Origin: Nitrospirota bacterium
Lineage (GTDB): Bacteria > Nitrospirota > UBA9217
Length of the DNA stretch: 64,000 bases
Reading direction: 5' to 3'
Assembly (NCBI GenBank): GCA_963754875.1
Contig: CAVWHO010000022.1
Span: 32,001 to 96,000, forward strand
In this document: one piece after another, positions 26,881 through 37,500 of the stretch
Layout of the letters: each line of letters opens with the position of its first letter
Position numbering within the stretch: position 1 is the stretch's first letter
Made by a program: the position numbers and the translations under genes
The notes under the pieces: generated by a model
Told to the model about the DNA's origin: nothing
The model's input: only the letters and a program-made list of their open reading frames with translations
Databases searched by the model: none

Positions 26881-29800
26881 TTACCACTCGTAGAAGATCG
26901 TCTTCCATTCACAACATTCACTCTTCGGAGCGGGACCATGACAAGCAGCCGGTTCCAGCGGGCAGTATTTTACACAAACTTGCTTGAAACCCCATGTCGA
27001 GTACGGATCGCCCATATTAAAAAAGATGAGGCCGGCAGCATTGTTAAGCGCTCCTGACGCTCCCGCATTACCAGGATAACTGGATGGCCCCGATCCTGAA
27101 GTCGCGTCGTCTAATCCTTTTAAGTCAATCCGATTCATGGGACTATTCCCCACATAGAGATAATCATGAAGACGGCCAGGAGTCATAACAAAAGTTGAGG
27201 GGACAAAATATGTTGCACGATTGTGGATAAAGGGTAACAATAATGGGTCCGATTCCAGATAACGCCCAATCACCGGATTATAGTCCCTATAGTAGTTGTA
27301 ATTCAGCCCCGTCTCTACATCATAGTACTGCCCAGGGAAGCGGAGATTGTTGGTGATCGTTGACACGGTGACGGTCGCTTCCCCAAAGGGTTTGTAATCC
27401 GCCGCCCACACAACAGCCCCGGTCGAGTCCGTCATCTTCTGGGGTGTACCTAAATGATCTGTGTGGTAATAATAGGTATTGCCATTTGCTATCATCGCCA
27501 TCGGCTGACCATTCAAGTATACATATTCCGTTGTAATAATTCCAGCACTATTTGACTCTGCTATGATCTGGCCGCTCTGACTGTAATGAAAGACCGTCAC
27601 GGTGCCGTTTACATCCTTCTTCACCCGCTGCCCATTGCCGTTATACGTGTAGTACGCCGTGGTCGTGCCATTATTTACCTGGACCAGCCTCTGATTCTGA
27701 TTATATATATACTGGCGGGAGCCTTCTATCGTGGTATTTCCGTCGTTATCAAATCCAAATGATATGTTGTTGGCACTCGTGAGCTTATTTGTATTCGGGG
27801 CATAGGTATAAGTGTTCAATCCTTCTGCCAGCCTGTTGCCGACTCCATCATAGGTCCAGCCGAGGCTGCCCCAAGATCCCATCGCGCTCGTTAAGCGATC
27901 CAATGCGTCGTAGCCAAAGGTTTTGTTTTTCGTGGGATCGAGTATGTCGGTGATGTGCTGGATATTGGCATTTGCGTCATACTGATCGTAGCTGAGATTC
28001 ATGACAGCACCCGTGGCAATGGACGTGATACGATACTGATTGTCATAATTGATGGTGCCGGCGATGCCGTTGCCGTACGTCAGCGATGACATCCCGCCGA
28101 AAGGCTTATAAGTGACATTCGTGGCCAGGTTCGCGGCATTGTTCAGGACGCTTGTTGCGCGGTCGTTCGTGTAGTTATACGTGATTACGCGGCCCGACGG
28201 ATAGGTCATGGTCTTTAGATTGCCGTTTTGATCGTAGGTGTATTGGGTAATGTACTGAACGCTGCTGATGGTTTTGGTCTCTTTCCTGACCTGCCCTTTC
28301 GGCGTGTACTCGTAGCTTGTTACTCCACTCGCATCAGTCATGGAGCAGAGCCTGCCCTTGCCGTTCACGCAGGTATCATATGTGTATGCAGTATCGGTAT
28401 CCGATGGGAAATCGATGGTCGTCAGTCTGTTTAAAGCATCGTAATGATAGGAGATCGTGACGCCCTTGGCATCGGTCTTTGAAGTTAAATTTCCTGCGGG
28501 GTCGTACTGGTAAGTCGTCGTTCCCGTGTCCGGGGATATCACCTGATATACTCTGCCGCGGTCGTCATATTTATAAATGGTGGCATTGTTGTTCGCATCA
28601 GTAACTTTCGTGAGATTGTTTATCGTATTGTATTCATAGGACGTGGTAATCGTACCCGGCTGAACAACCGATGTCAGCCGACTTAATGCATCGTAATTGT
28701 ATGAAGTCGTATTATTTTTAGGGTCTTTGGCCGTATTCCGGTTTCCTAAGGCATCATAGGTATATTGAGTAAACGTCGAATCGGGATTAATTATCTTGGA
28801 AACCCGATCCAGGGCATCATACGAATAGCTTAATGTCTTCTGGAGGCTCCCCGAACTGTCCCTGATCTGCTCCGTCAACTTATTGCCCTCGGAATCGTAG
28901 GTGTAGTTTATCGTGTTGTTCAGGCTGTCGTTTATGGTGATAAGCTTCCCCATCGAGTCGTAAGTATACGAGATCGTGTTTCCTTCGGGAAGCGTGATGT
29001 GATCGATCTTATTCGCCCCGCCGCAGGACTGACATCCGCCTGCTACGTAGAAATACTGCGTCGCGCCAGTATCGCCGGGAGCTTTTATTGTCAGCACCCT
29101 GCCGAGAGTGTCATAGGTATAAGTTGTTGCATTACCGTTGGGGTCCGTTGCCGTCTGAGGATTGCCAAGCTGGTTGAAGTTGGAATACGTCGTCGTGCCC
29201 ACAAGCGGCTGATCTACGCCGTTAAGATTGCCCGTGGCTGGGTCGTAATAGTACGTGGTCACGTCGTTGACGTCGGTCCTGGGGCCGTCGATGGTTGATA
29301 TCTTGCCGCTTGCATTATATGTATAGCTTGTGGTGTAGGAATAGGGCGTTCCATCTCCGAGCAGGCCGGTTTCCGTGGTCGTAAGCAGGTTGCCATTCGT
29401 CTCGTCGTAGGTTTTTGTGGTGACCCTGATGTTGCCGGGATCAACGACGCTCGTTACTGTTTCCGTAGTCACGAGACTGAAGTTAGGTTCGTAGGTGTAG
29501 GTAGTCGTCTTTTCTTGCGGCGTGCCCGCGGCTTCGGTTCTGCTGAGCACGTTGCCCTTGCTGTCGTAACTGTTGATTAAGGTAGTTGAAATCCCCGTTG
29601 TTATGTCAGTATGGATTTCCTGGAGTATCCGGGTGTTGTTGTCCCGGACGTAGGTGGTGACGTTGCCGAAGGTGTCGGTGACCTGTACCGGCATGCCGTT
29701 CGTGTCGAACTGGACGGCGCGGGTCTGGGTATTCAGGAGATTGCCGCTCATGTCTTTGATCAAAGTGGTCATCGTGGTCTGCTGATAAGGGATGATGTAT

Positions 29801-30756
29801 GAGAAGTCGATCTCGCCCGTGCCATGAGTCTGTTTGACGACTTTTCCTGTGGAATCATAGGTGTTGATGTAGGGGCCTTGTCCTTCATCGATGGATGTCA
29901 GGAGATGGTTTCTGGTCGGATCAGTATATCCATAGGCCGAGTTGCCGGCGGGCCCCGCGACTGAGGTGAGGTTGCCGATGCTGTCGTGATTGTAGCTCAC
30001 GGTCCGGCCGGTGCTGTCGGACAGCCCCGTAAGCCTGCCGGTCGAGGTGTCATACTGCAGGTCCACTGACGCTCCGGTGGCGTTGCCCGATGCGTCTCTT
30101 TCTTCGATCCTGCTCAGGTGGTAGTCGTAGGCCACGATGACAGGAGTGTTTTGATCTACATTTGCCGGCAGCAATCCCCAGAGAAAATCTCGTGTAGCGG
30201 CCCGGTAGAAAAAGACGAGCGAGTTCCCTTTAGCATCGGCCATGCTCATGAGCCTGCCCTGGCTGTCGTATTTTTCCGTACCGCCGTACTTGTCGGTGTA
30301 GGTGTAGGTGCCGTCAGCGTTCTGCATAAGCTCGCCCGTGGCTCCTGCGGTGCTGGTGTACAGGCCTGTTACCGAGTTCCAGGTGAAGTGCATTTTGCCT
30401 CCGCACTCCCGCCGCACCGTGGCCGAGTTGTCGGCATAGATGTAGAGCCGCTTGTCGTAGTTTATGGCCCAGCCGTAACCCAGGGGGCTGTCATAAGTTG
30501 TTTTGCTATTGTAGCTCCGCGTGACCCGGATGGAAAAAAGATTTCCAAGGGTAAGGTCCGTGCTCGGGGAAAACGTCTCCATGCCGGATAGCAGGCTTAT
30601 GGGCTTGCCGCCAAAGGCGGGGTTGGTGCCCGCTGTCTTGCCGGATTCGCAAAAGAGGTCGGGCAGGTTGTCCTGATCTGCGATAGAAGCGTAAACAACT
30701 GATGAATACAGAATAAGAAGTGCTACGACTATCGATTTATATGCTTCCCGCAGCAT
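26881..30756 (-). CDS. Full-length Rhs/YD-repeat protein with N-terminal signal peptide
   Basis: Hydrophobic leader ending VYA; DUF6531-like RSYNS..LGYGW; many YD repeats; YYHTDHLGTP core; DLKGL cleavage motif; short Cys-rich tip. Confidence 0.95.
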   Translation of the reverse strand: MLREAYKSIVVALLILYSSVVYASIADQDNLPDLFCESGKTAGTNPAFGGKPISLLSGMETFSPSTDLTLGNLFSIRVTRSYNSKTTYDSPLGYGWAINYDKRLYIYADNSATVRRECGGKMHFTWNSVTGLYTSTAGATGELMQNADGTYTYTDKYGGTEKYDSQGRLMSMADAKGNSLVFFYRAATRDFLWGLLPANVDQNTPVIVAYDYHLSRIEERDASGNATGASVDLQYDTSTGRLTGLSDSTGRTVSYNHDSIGNLTSVAGPAGNSAYGYTDPTRNHLLTSIDEGQGPYINTYDSTGKVVKQTHGTGEIDFSYIIPYQQTTMTTLIKDMSGNLLNTQTRAVQFDTNGMPVQVTDTFGNVTTYVRDNNTRILQEIHTDITTGISTTLINSYDSKGNVLSRTEAAGTPQEKTTTYTYEPNFSLVTTETVTSVVDPGNIRVTTKTYDETNGNLLTTTETGLLGDGTPYSYTTSYTYNASGKISTIDGPRTDVNDVTTYYYDPATGNLNGVDQPLVGTTTYSNFNQLGNPQTATDPNGNATTYTYDTLGRVLTIKAPGDTGATQYFYVAGGCQSCGGANKIDHITLPEGNTISYTYDSMGKLITINDSLNNTINYTYDSEGNKLTEQIRDSSGSLQKTLSYSYDALDRVSKIINPDSTFTQYTYDALGNRNTAKDPKNNTTSYNYDALSRLTSVVQPGTITTSYEYNTINNLTKVTDANNNATIYKYDDRGRVYQVISPDTGTTTYQYDPAGNLTSKTDAKGVTISYHYDALNRLTTIDFPSDTDTAYTYDTCVNGKGRLCSMTDASGVTSYEYTPKGQVRKETKTISSVQYITQYTYDQNGNLKTMTYPSGRVITYNYTNDRATSVLNNAANLATNVTYKPFGGMSSLTYGNGIAGTINYDNQYRITSIATGAVMNLSYDQYDANANIQHITDILDPTKNKTFGYDALDRLTSAMGSWGSLGWTYDGVGNRLAEGLNTYTYAPNTNKLTSANNISFGFDNDGNTTIEGSRQYIYNQNQRLVQVNNGTTTAYYTYNGNGQRVKKDVNGTVTVFHYSQSGQIIAESNSAGIITTEYVYLNGQPMAMIANGNTYYYHTDHLGTPQKMTDSTGAVVWAADYKPFGEATVTVSTITNNLRFPGQYYDVETGLNYNYYRDYNPVIGRYLESDPLLLPFIHNRATYFVPSTFVMTPGRLHDYLYVGNSPMNRIDLKGLDDATSGSGPSSYPGNAGASGALNNAAGLIFFNMGDPYSTWGFKQVCVKYCPLEPAACHGPAPKSECCEWKTIFYEW

Positions 30757-30830
30757 TAGAGCCTCCCGTTTTAATTTAACTTTTAAATAATTCAGTTGAG
30801 AATTGCATTTGCATCTTCAATTCACTCGAA

Positions 30831-31352
30831 TCAGTGCCCGACATTTCCTGGCTTATTTTTTTCCTGACAGCACGGATCCGGATCCCCGCAGCACGTATCC
30901 TTGCGTTCACACGCCCCCCACTGACCGTTGCTGCAAGTTTGGCTTCCGGGACAGCCGTCACTCGACTCGCACGCCTGCGTAGATCCATCAGAGTCGCAAC
31001 ATACCCATTTATATTCATAGATCCAGTCTTGACATTCACAAGCGTACGCTCCTTCGGAGAAACACCCGCCCCCCACGCATTGCCAATGTACATCGTGATC
31101 ATTTTTAGAATTACCCGCGGATGTGGTTGTTTTTCCTGCAGTGCAACAAGAGGCCGCGGGAGAGTTAGTATTGCAGGGGTTCATAGAACATATTACCGTA
31201 TAAGAAGGTGTGCCAATTAGCTTCCAGTACCCGCCCGCGCAGAGTAAATCATCACCCCGAGCGGGATATGCAGCGCCGAGAATAATAAAAAACGTGAGCA
31301 GCAACTGCGTTACCCTTCTCCTAAAAGATCGCCTTCCGAAAATAACACGCAT
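30831..31352 (-). CDS. Secreted Cys-rich small protein
   Basis: Signal peptide ending ARG, many Cys; RBS GGAGG upstream. Confidence 0.65.
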   Translation of the reverse strand: MRVIFGRRSFRRRVTQLLLTFFIILGAAYPARGDDLLCAGGYWKLIGTPSYTVICSMNPCNTNSPAASCCTAGKTTTSAGNSKNDHDVHWQCVGGGCFSEGAYACECQDWIYEYKWVCCDSDGSTQACESSDGCPGSQTCSNGQWGACERKDTCCGDPDPCCQEKNKPGNVGH

Positions 31353-31421
31353 GGGGAATCACTGCCTCCTTTTTCGATGTTTCATCAAGTCTCTTAATAA
31401 TTATCTTTACCTTTAGAATTA

Positions 31422-31497
31422 GTCATCCCCGAATGATTTTATCGGGTGAGCAGTAGCTTTTCGGATGATTTCTGGATTCCCGCTTTTGCGGAATGAC
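31422..31497. repeat. REP/RPE-like palindromic element
   Basis: GTCATCCCCGAA..TCGGG ... CTGGATTCCCGCTTTTGCGGAATGAC, with complementary GTCAT/ATGAC ends. Confidence 0.55.
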
Positions 31498-31584
31498 GCT
31501 AATGCACGGCAATATCCATACTATTTTGAGACCATTAGTCGTTCTCTATTGAATCTTCGGTCAAGGCAAATGAAAGCCCAGAAC

Positions 31585-34500
31585 TTATTGTTCAATATTC
31601 ACGAAGCCGTATGTTGACGATCCTTGGCCTGTGACAGGGTTCACTGCTTGGATTTTGATTGCATACGGGCCTTCTTCCTGCACGAGAAATTGCTTGTCCG
31701 TCGCGTCGGATGCATTAAGAGCAGTCCATTCTATTGTGTGTGATCCGGCGCTTTGAGACTGGTTGCTCACGACAGTCACCACCGCACCTGACGGTGAAGT
31801 GACAGTAATGGTCACGTTGGCATCCCGCGAGAGCGAATACTCGATTCTCGTGAACTGGCCGTAGGAAAGACTCACCTGATTCGGATCGGTCTTTACCGAA
31901 CTGATAACAGGGGTATTCCCCGACGTGATGATATAGTTTTCGCGAAGAAGCGAAGCAACAGAGCATTGAGCGGTTCCCGATATGACAACATTTCCGGCAC
32001 CGTCGGTGCCGTCCCATACATACGAATAGGCTCCCGTAGCACGAGGAGCTGCCTTGAGGGGATTCACGGCAACGTAACCGCCGTCTACAGTGATGGCTGC
32101 CGATATCCTTTCGGGCTGGGAAACAGAATAGCTTATCGTCATCGGGTCGTTCTTATAGGGGTTGTAAGTGTCCTGCGAACAATTAATGCTGCCGCTGCCT
32201 GTCGGCGCCGTTGGACTATAACTTACGCTTCTCGTCCCATCAGCGGCTTCGAGAATATAAAGATAAGCATCGTCCTGCACAGTCCTGCCCGTACTGTCTT
32301 TACCCGCCCAGGTGAACATATATGCCCCCGATGCCGGGCAGATTTGCGAGGCCTGATATACCGGCGTGCCGGTGGGGCCTTGTCCCTCGGGAATGACTTT
32401 GAACGTGACCGTAGCCGAAGAGTTGATGGTGAAGAAAACCGTGCTCGATTGGGCAAGCGAGGTATCTATTGCATGACTGCTTGCGACGACACCCGAGAGA
32501 TCTAAGTTGTCCACAGTAACAGGCTGAATGACCATGGATGTATTTCCTGCCTTGTCCGCGGCTATGAGCCTAAGGACATAGTTCCCGTTTGTGAGAAGCA
32601 AGTGACCCGTCTGATCTTCCGTGACCCAGGTTGTGAGCGTTCCGTTGGACACCGGCGTTGTTGCGGTTCCTAAGAGGGTCCAGGGGCCGGTGCCACCCGC
32701 GGGACCATAATCAACGCGGTAAGAGTCGAAGTTTGCGTCAGTAGCGTTGCCGGAGATCGAAACTATACTATACAATACGGAATTGGCTGTCGGGGCGCTG
32801 ATCACCGCAGTTGGGGCCGTCACATCTACGGTTAGTAATCCAGTTTGTGTCGTCGCTGCAAGGTTTGTCTCAGAGCTCGTCGCGTCGATCCGGTATGTGT
32901 ACGAGCCGTCGGGAACGGTACTTCCCGAATCATCAGTTCCATTCCAAGGCAGGCTCAGGGCTGTCCCGGTCCCCGCATAGGTCTTGACCGTCGTGCCCGA
33001 GGAATTTTTTATGGAGACGGTCCATGCGCTGTCAAAGCTGATTGACGAACTGATTGTCGTTGAGTCTTTTATCCCGTCTCCATTGGGTGATATATAGCTT
33101 TCGGACACAGCAACATTCTGTATCCAGAAGAGCCGCACGCGAGCGGTGTCGACAACCACGTTCCCGGCATTGTCCGTGACCGTGAGCCGCAGCGTATAAA
33201 GACCGTTGGCAAGGGATGTCGTGTTCCAGGGATAGATCACACCGTCCGTGACCGGCGTTGTGACGCCGGATCTGAGCGTGGTCCACGAGACGGGATTCTC
33301 TCCTGTGCCGTAATCAAGAGTGTAGTTTTTAAAATCCGTCGGATCCGATGCCGTGCCGGTGATATTGATGACCGTTCCGCCGCTGAACATCTGATCGTCA
33401 GTGGGTGGGTCCATGTAAGCAATCGGGACCTGACGCGAAACCATGATCAGTCCCTGGGGCACCGATGCGGTGCTGCCATTTGTCGGGTCAACTGCGCTTA
33501 TCTGGTAATAGTACACACCGTCAGCAACTTTTACGGATTGGGTGTCGTCGCCGTACCATTTCTGCTTGATCGTCGTACCGGTTCCGGTTAACGTATTGAC
33601 GGTTGTGTTGTTTCCATCGGTGATCGTGATGGTCCAGGTCGCTGAAGACGATATCCGCGCGGTAAAGGTCACGTTTCCGCCGTCGGGATTCAGCGAAGCG
33701 GGCATGGCATGCGCTTCGGTAATGCTGAGAATTGCAGTTGGCACTTGGCCAAGCCAGGGATTATATAGCACGTGGTCAGTGATCCTGTCACCTGTCCCCA
33801 ATACATTGGCCGAATAAGTGGGACCGGTTATATTACCCCACCAGTTGTCCCGCGCGTCAACGTCCGGGGAGGTAGACGCATTCCAGACCCCGGCTGTGGT
33901 GTTCGAGTTTATCTTCGTATTCGTAATATAAGGATTCGACGAAGATGAATAGAGGCCCCACTTGTTTCCCGTGATCTCGCTGTCGATGATGACCGGCCAG
34001 TTGGTCGCGCTCGAGAAATAGACTCCGCTTCCCGCGCTGTTTCTGAATACGCAGTTTCTGAGCACCGGCGAGGAAGAACCGACAGACAGATCGGCGTTCG
34101 AGTAATTTGCTCCTGCGCCGCCATATTCGATGGTCGCATTCTCAAGAACGCTTGAACCTGACGCAGGCCCGTACAGTGTGATGCCGGTCCAGTTGCCCGG
34201 CGCTGGTGTTGCCTGACTTGAGGTAAAGAGGATTTTACTCGTCGGCGTTCCCTGGGCGGACAACACGCCGTTGTACGAATTGAGGCCTATCTGCAAACCT
34301 GTGCCTGGGCTGAATTCTATTGTCACGCCCGGCTCAATGGTGAGCATAGGCGAGGCTGACCCGTATACGGCAACATTGCTCGTGACGATGTAAGGAATGC
34401 TGTTGTTCTTCATGGTAAGGTTTTGGCTTATCGTGCCACCGATGAGCTCGACGCCATTACCGCCATTCGTACCAAAGGTGTTGACATTTCCCGCCTGAAG

Positions 34501-37500
34501 GATCCCCATCCTGGCCGGATAGGATCCGTTGCCTGACAATGAGTTTCCGGAGATCGTTGTCGCTGCACCCGAACCATCGTAAATGCCATAGGTGCCGTTG
34601 CTCGTGATCGTGTTCCCTGTTGCGGTGAACGCGGAGGTATTTGTTACGTATATCCCAGCGGTCCCATTACTTGTTATTTGACTCTGTTGGATCGTGGGGC
34701 TGGAGCTGACGAGATAGACCCCATAACCTGAGCTCTGCCGGATCGTCGAGTTCGTGATCGTGGGCGAGGCGGAGTTTATATTGAGGTTGCTGTTTATGTT
34801 GACGTAACCGTTGTAGAGGGGGTACCCGCCGTACTCCACCGTCACGTATGAGAGCGTCGTATTTGCATCTACCGTGCCGTCATAAAAATAGATACAGCCC
34901 CAGTATCCGGGGGTCGGCGTCGCCTGGTTTGCAGTGAAGAGAATGGGGGCGCCGGCGGTCCCTACGGCCGAGAGAGCGCCTGGTGTGGTGCCGCTACCGA
35001 TATAGAGCGTCTTACCCTGATTAAACTTCACCGTGACCCCCGGCTCGATCGTGAGCACGGGGGCGCTCGAACCGTACACGTAGACATTATCCGTGACGAT
35101 GTAGGTAAGTCCCAGGCTCTTCCACGTCCCGCTGGTGGACACTACACCCCCGAGTACGTACAGCGTGTCCCCGGGCTGGATGTTCTGGATGGTGTTCTGG
35201 GTCGTCACGCTCCCCGCGAGGTTCGCACCCACCTGGATGGGAAGGCCCGTGACGTTTACAAACGTGTTGCCGGTCACCGTGCCGCTGCCGCTGTTGACGT
35301 ACAGTCCTCTGTTGATCGTGCTGCCCGTGATCACGGGTGTGCCCGAAGTGAGATACACTCCGTAATTCCCGCTGTTCGTTATAATGCTGTTCGTGATCGT
35401 CGGGGAGCCGTTCCCGTAGATGCCATAGGTTGCCGCGCTGTCTATCGTGGTGTTCTGGATCGTGGGGCTGGAGCTGACGAGATAGACCCCATAACCTGAG
35501 CTCTGCCGGATCGTCGAGTTCGTGATCGTGGGCGAGGCGGAGTTTATATTGAGGTTGCTGTTTATGTTGACGTAACCGTTGTAGAGGGGGTACCCGCCGT
35601 ACTCCACCGTCACGTATGAGAGCGTCGTATTTGCATCTACCGTGCCGTCATAAAAATAGATACAGCCCCAGTATCCGGGGGTCGGCGTCGCCTGGTTTGC
35701 AGTGAAGAGAATGGGGGCGCCGGCGGTCCCTACGGCCGAGAGAGCGCCTGGTGTGGTGCCGCTACCGATATAGAGCGTCTTACCCTGATTAAACTTCACC
35801 GTGACCCCCGGCTCGATCGTGAGCACGGGGGCGCTCGAACCGTACACGTAGACATTATCCGTGACGATGTAGGTAAGTCCCAGGCTCTTCCACGTCCCGC
35901 TGGTGGACACTACACCCCCGAGTACGTACAGCGTGTCCCCGGGCTGGATGTTCTGGATGGTGTTCTGGGTCGTCACGCTCCCCGCGAGGTTCGCACCCAC
36001 CTGGATGGGAAGGCCCGTGACGTTTACAAACGTGTTGCCGGTCACCGTGCCGCTGCCGCTGTTGACGTACAGTCCTCTGTTGATCGTGCTGCCCGTGATC
36101 ACGGGTGTGCCCGAAGTGAGATACACTCCGTAATTCCCGCTGTTCGTTATAATGCTGTTCGTGATCGTCGGGGAGCCGTTCCCGTAGATGCCATAGGTTG
36201 CCGCGCTGTCTATCGTGGTGTTCTGGATCGTGGGGCTGGAGCTGACGAGATAGACCCCATAACCTGAGCTCTGCCGGATCGTCGAGTTCGTGATCGTGGG
36301 CGAGGCGGAGTTTATATTGAGGTTGCTGTTTATGTTGACGTAACCGTTGTAGAGGGGGTACCCGCCGTACTCCACCGTCACGTATGAGAGCGTCGTATTT
36401 GCATCTACCGTGCCGTCATAAAAATAGATACAGCCCCAGTATCCGGGGGTCGGCGTCGCCTGGTTTGCAGTGAAGAGAATGGGGGCGCCGGCGGTCCCTA
36501 CGGCCGAGAGAGCGCCTGGTGTGGTGCCGCTACCGATATAGAGCGTCTTACCCTGATTAAACTTCACCGTGACCCCCGGCTCGATCGTGAGCACGGGGGC
36601 GCTCGAACCGTACACGTAGACATTGTCCGTGACGATGTAGGTAAGTCCCAGGCTCTTCCACGTCCCGCTGGTGGACACTACACCCCCGAGTACGTACAGC
36701 GTGTCCCCGGGCTGGATGTTCTGGATGGTGTTCTGGGTCGTCACGCTCCCCGCGAGGTTCGCACCCACCTGGATGGGAAGGCCCGTGGCGTTTACAAACG
36801 TGTTGCCGGTCACCGTGCCGCTGCCGCTGTTGACGTACAGTCCTCTGTTGATCGTGCTGCCCGTGATCACGGGTGTGCCTGAAGTGAGATACAGCCCATA
36901 ATTCCCGCTGTTCGTTATAATGCTGTTCGTGATCGTCGGGGAACCGTTCCCGTAGATGCCATAGGTTGCCGCGCTGTCTATCGTGGTGTTCTGGATCGTG
37001 GGGCTGGAGCTGACGAGATAGACCCCATAACCTGAGCTCTGCCGGATCGTCGAGTTCGTGATCGTGGGCGAGGCGGAGTTTATATTGAGGTTGCTGTTTA
37101 TGTTGACGTAACCGTTGTAGAGGGGGTACCCGCCGTACTCCACCGTCACGTATGAGAGCGTCGTATTTGCATCTACCGTGCCGTCATAAAAATAGATACA
37201 GCCCCAGTATCCGGGGGTCGGCGTCGCCTGGTTTGCAGTGAAGAGAATGGGGGCGCCGGCGGTCCCTACGGCCGAGAGAGCGCCTGGTGTGGTGCCGCTA
37301 CCGATATAGAGCGTCTTACCCTGATTAAACTTCACCGTGACCCCCGGCTCGATCGTGAGCACGGGGGCGCTCGAACCGTACACGTAGACATTATCCGTGA
37401 CGATGTAGGTAAGTCCCAGGCTCTTCCACGTCCCGCTGGTGGACACTACACCCCCGAGTACGTACAGCGTGTCCCCGGGCTGGATGTTCTGGATGGTGTT

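Noticed and set aside
11248..30756. Diversity-generating retroelement as the source of tip variation
   Set aside because: No reverse transcriptase gene, and differences are not confined to adenines
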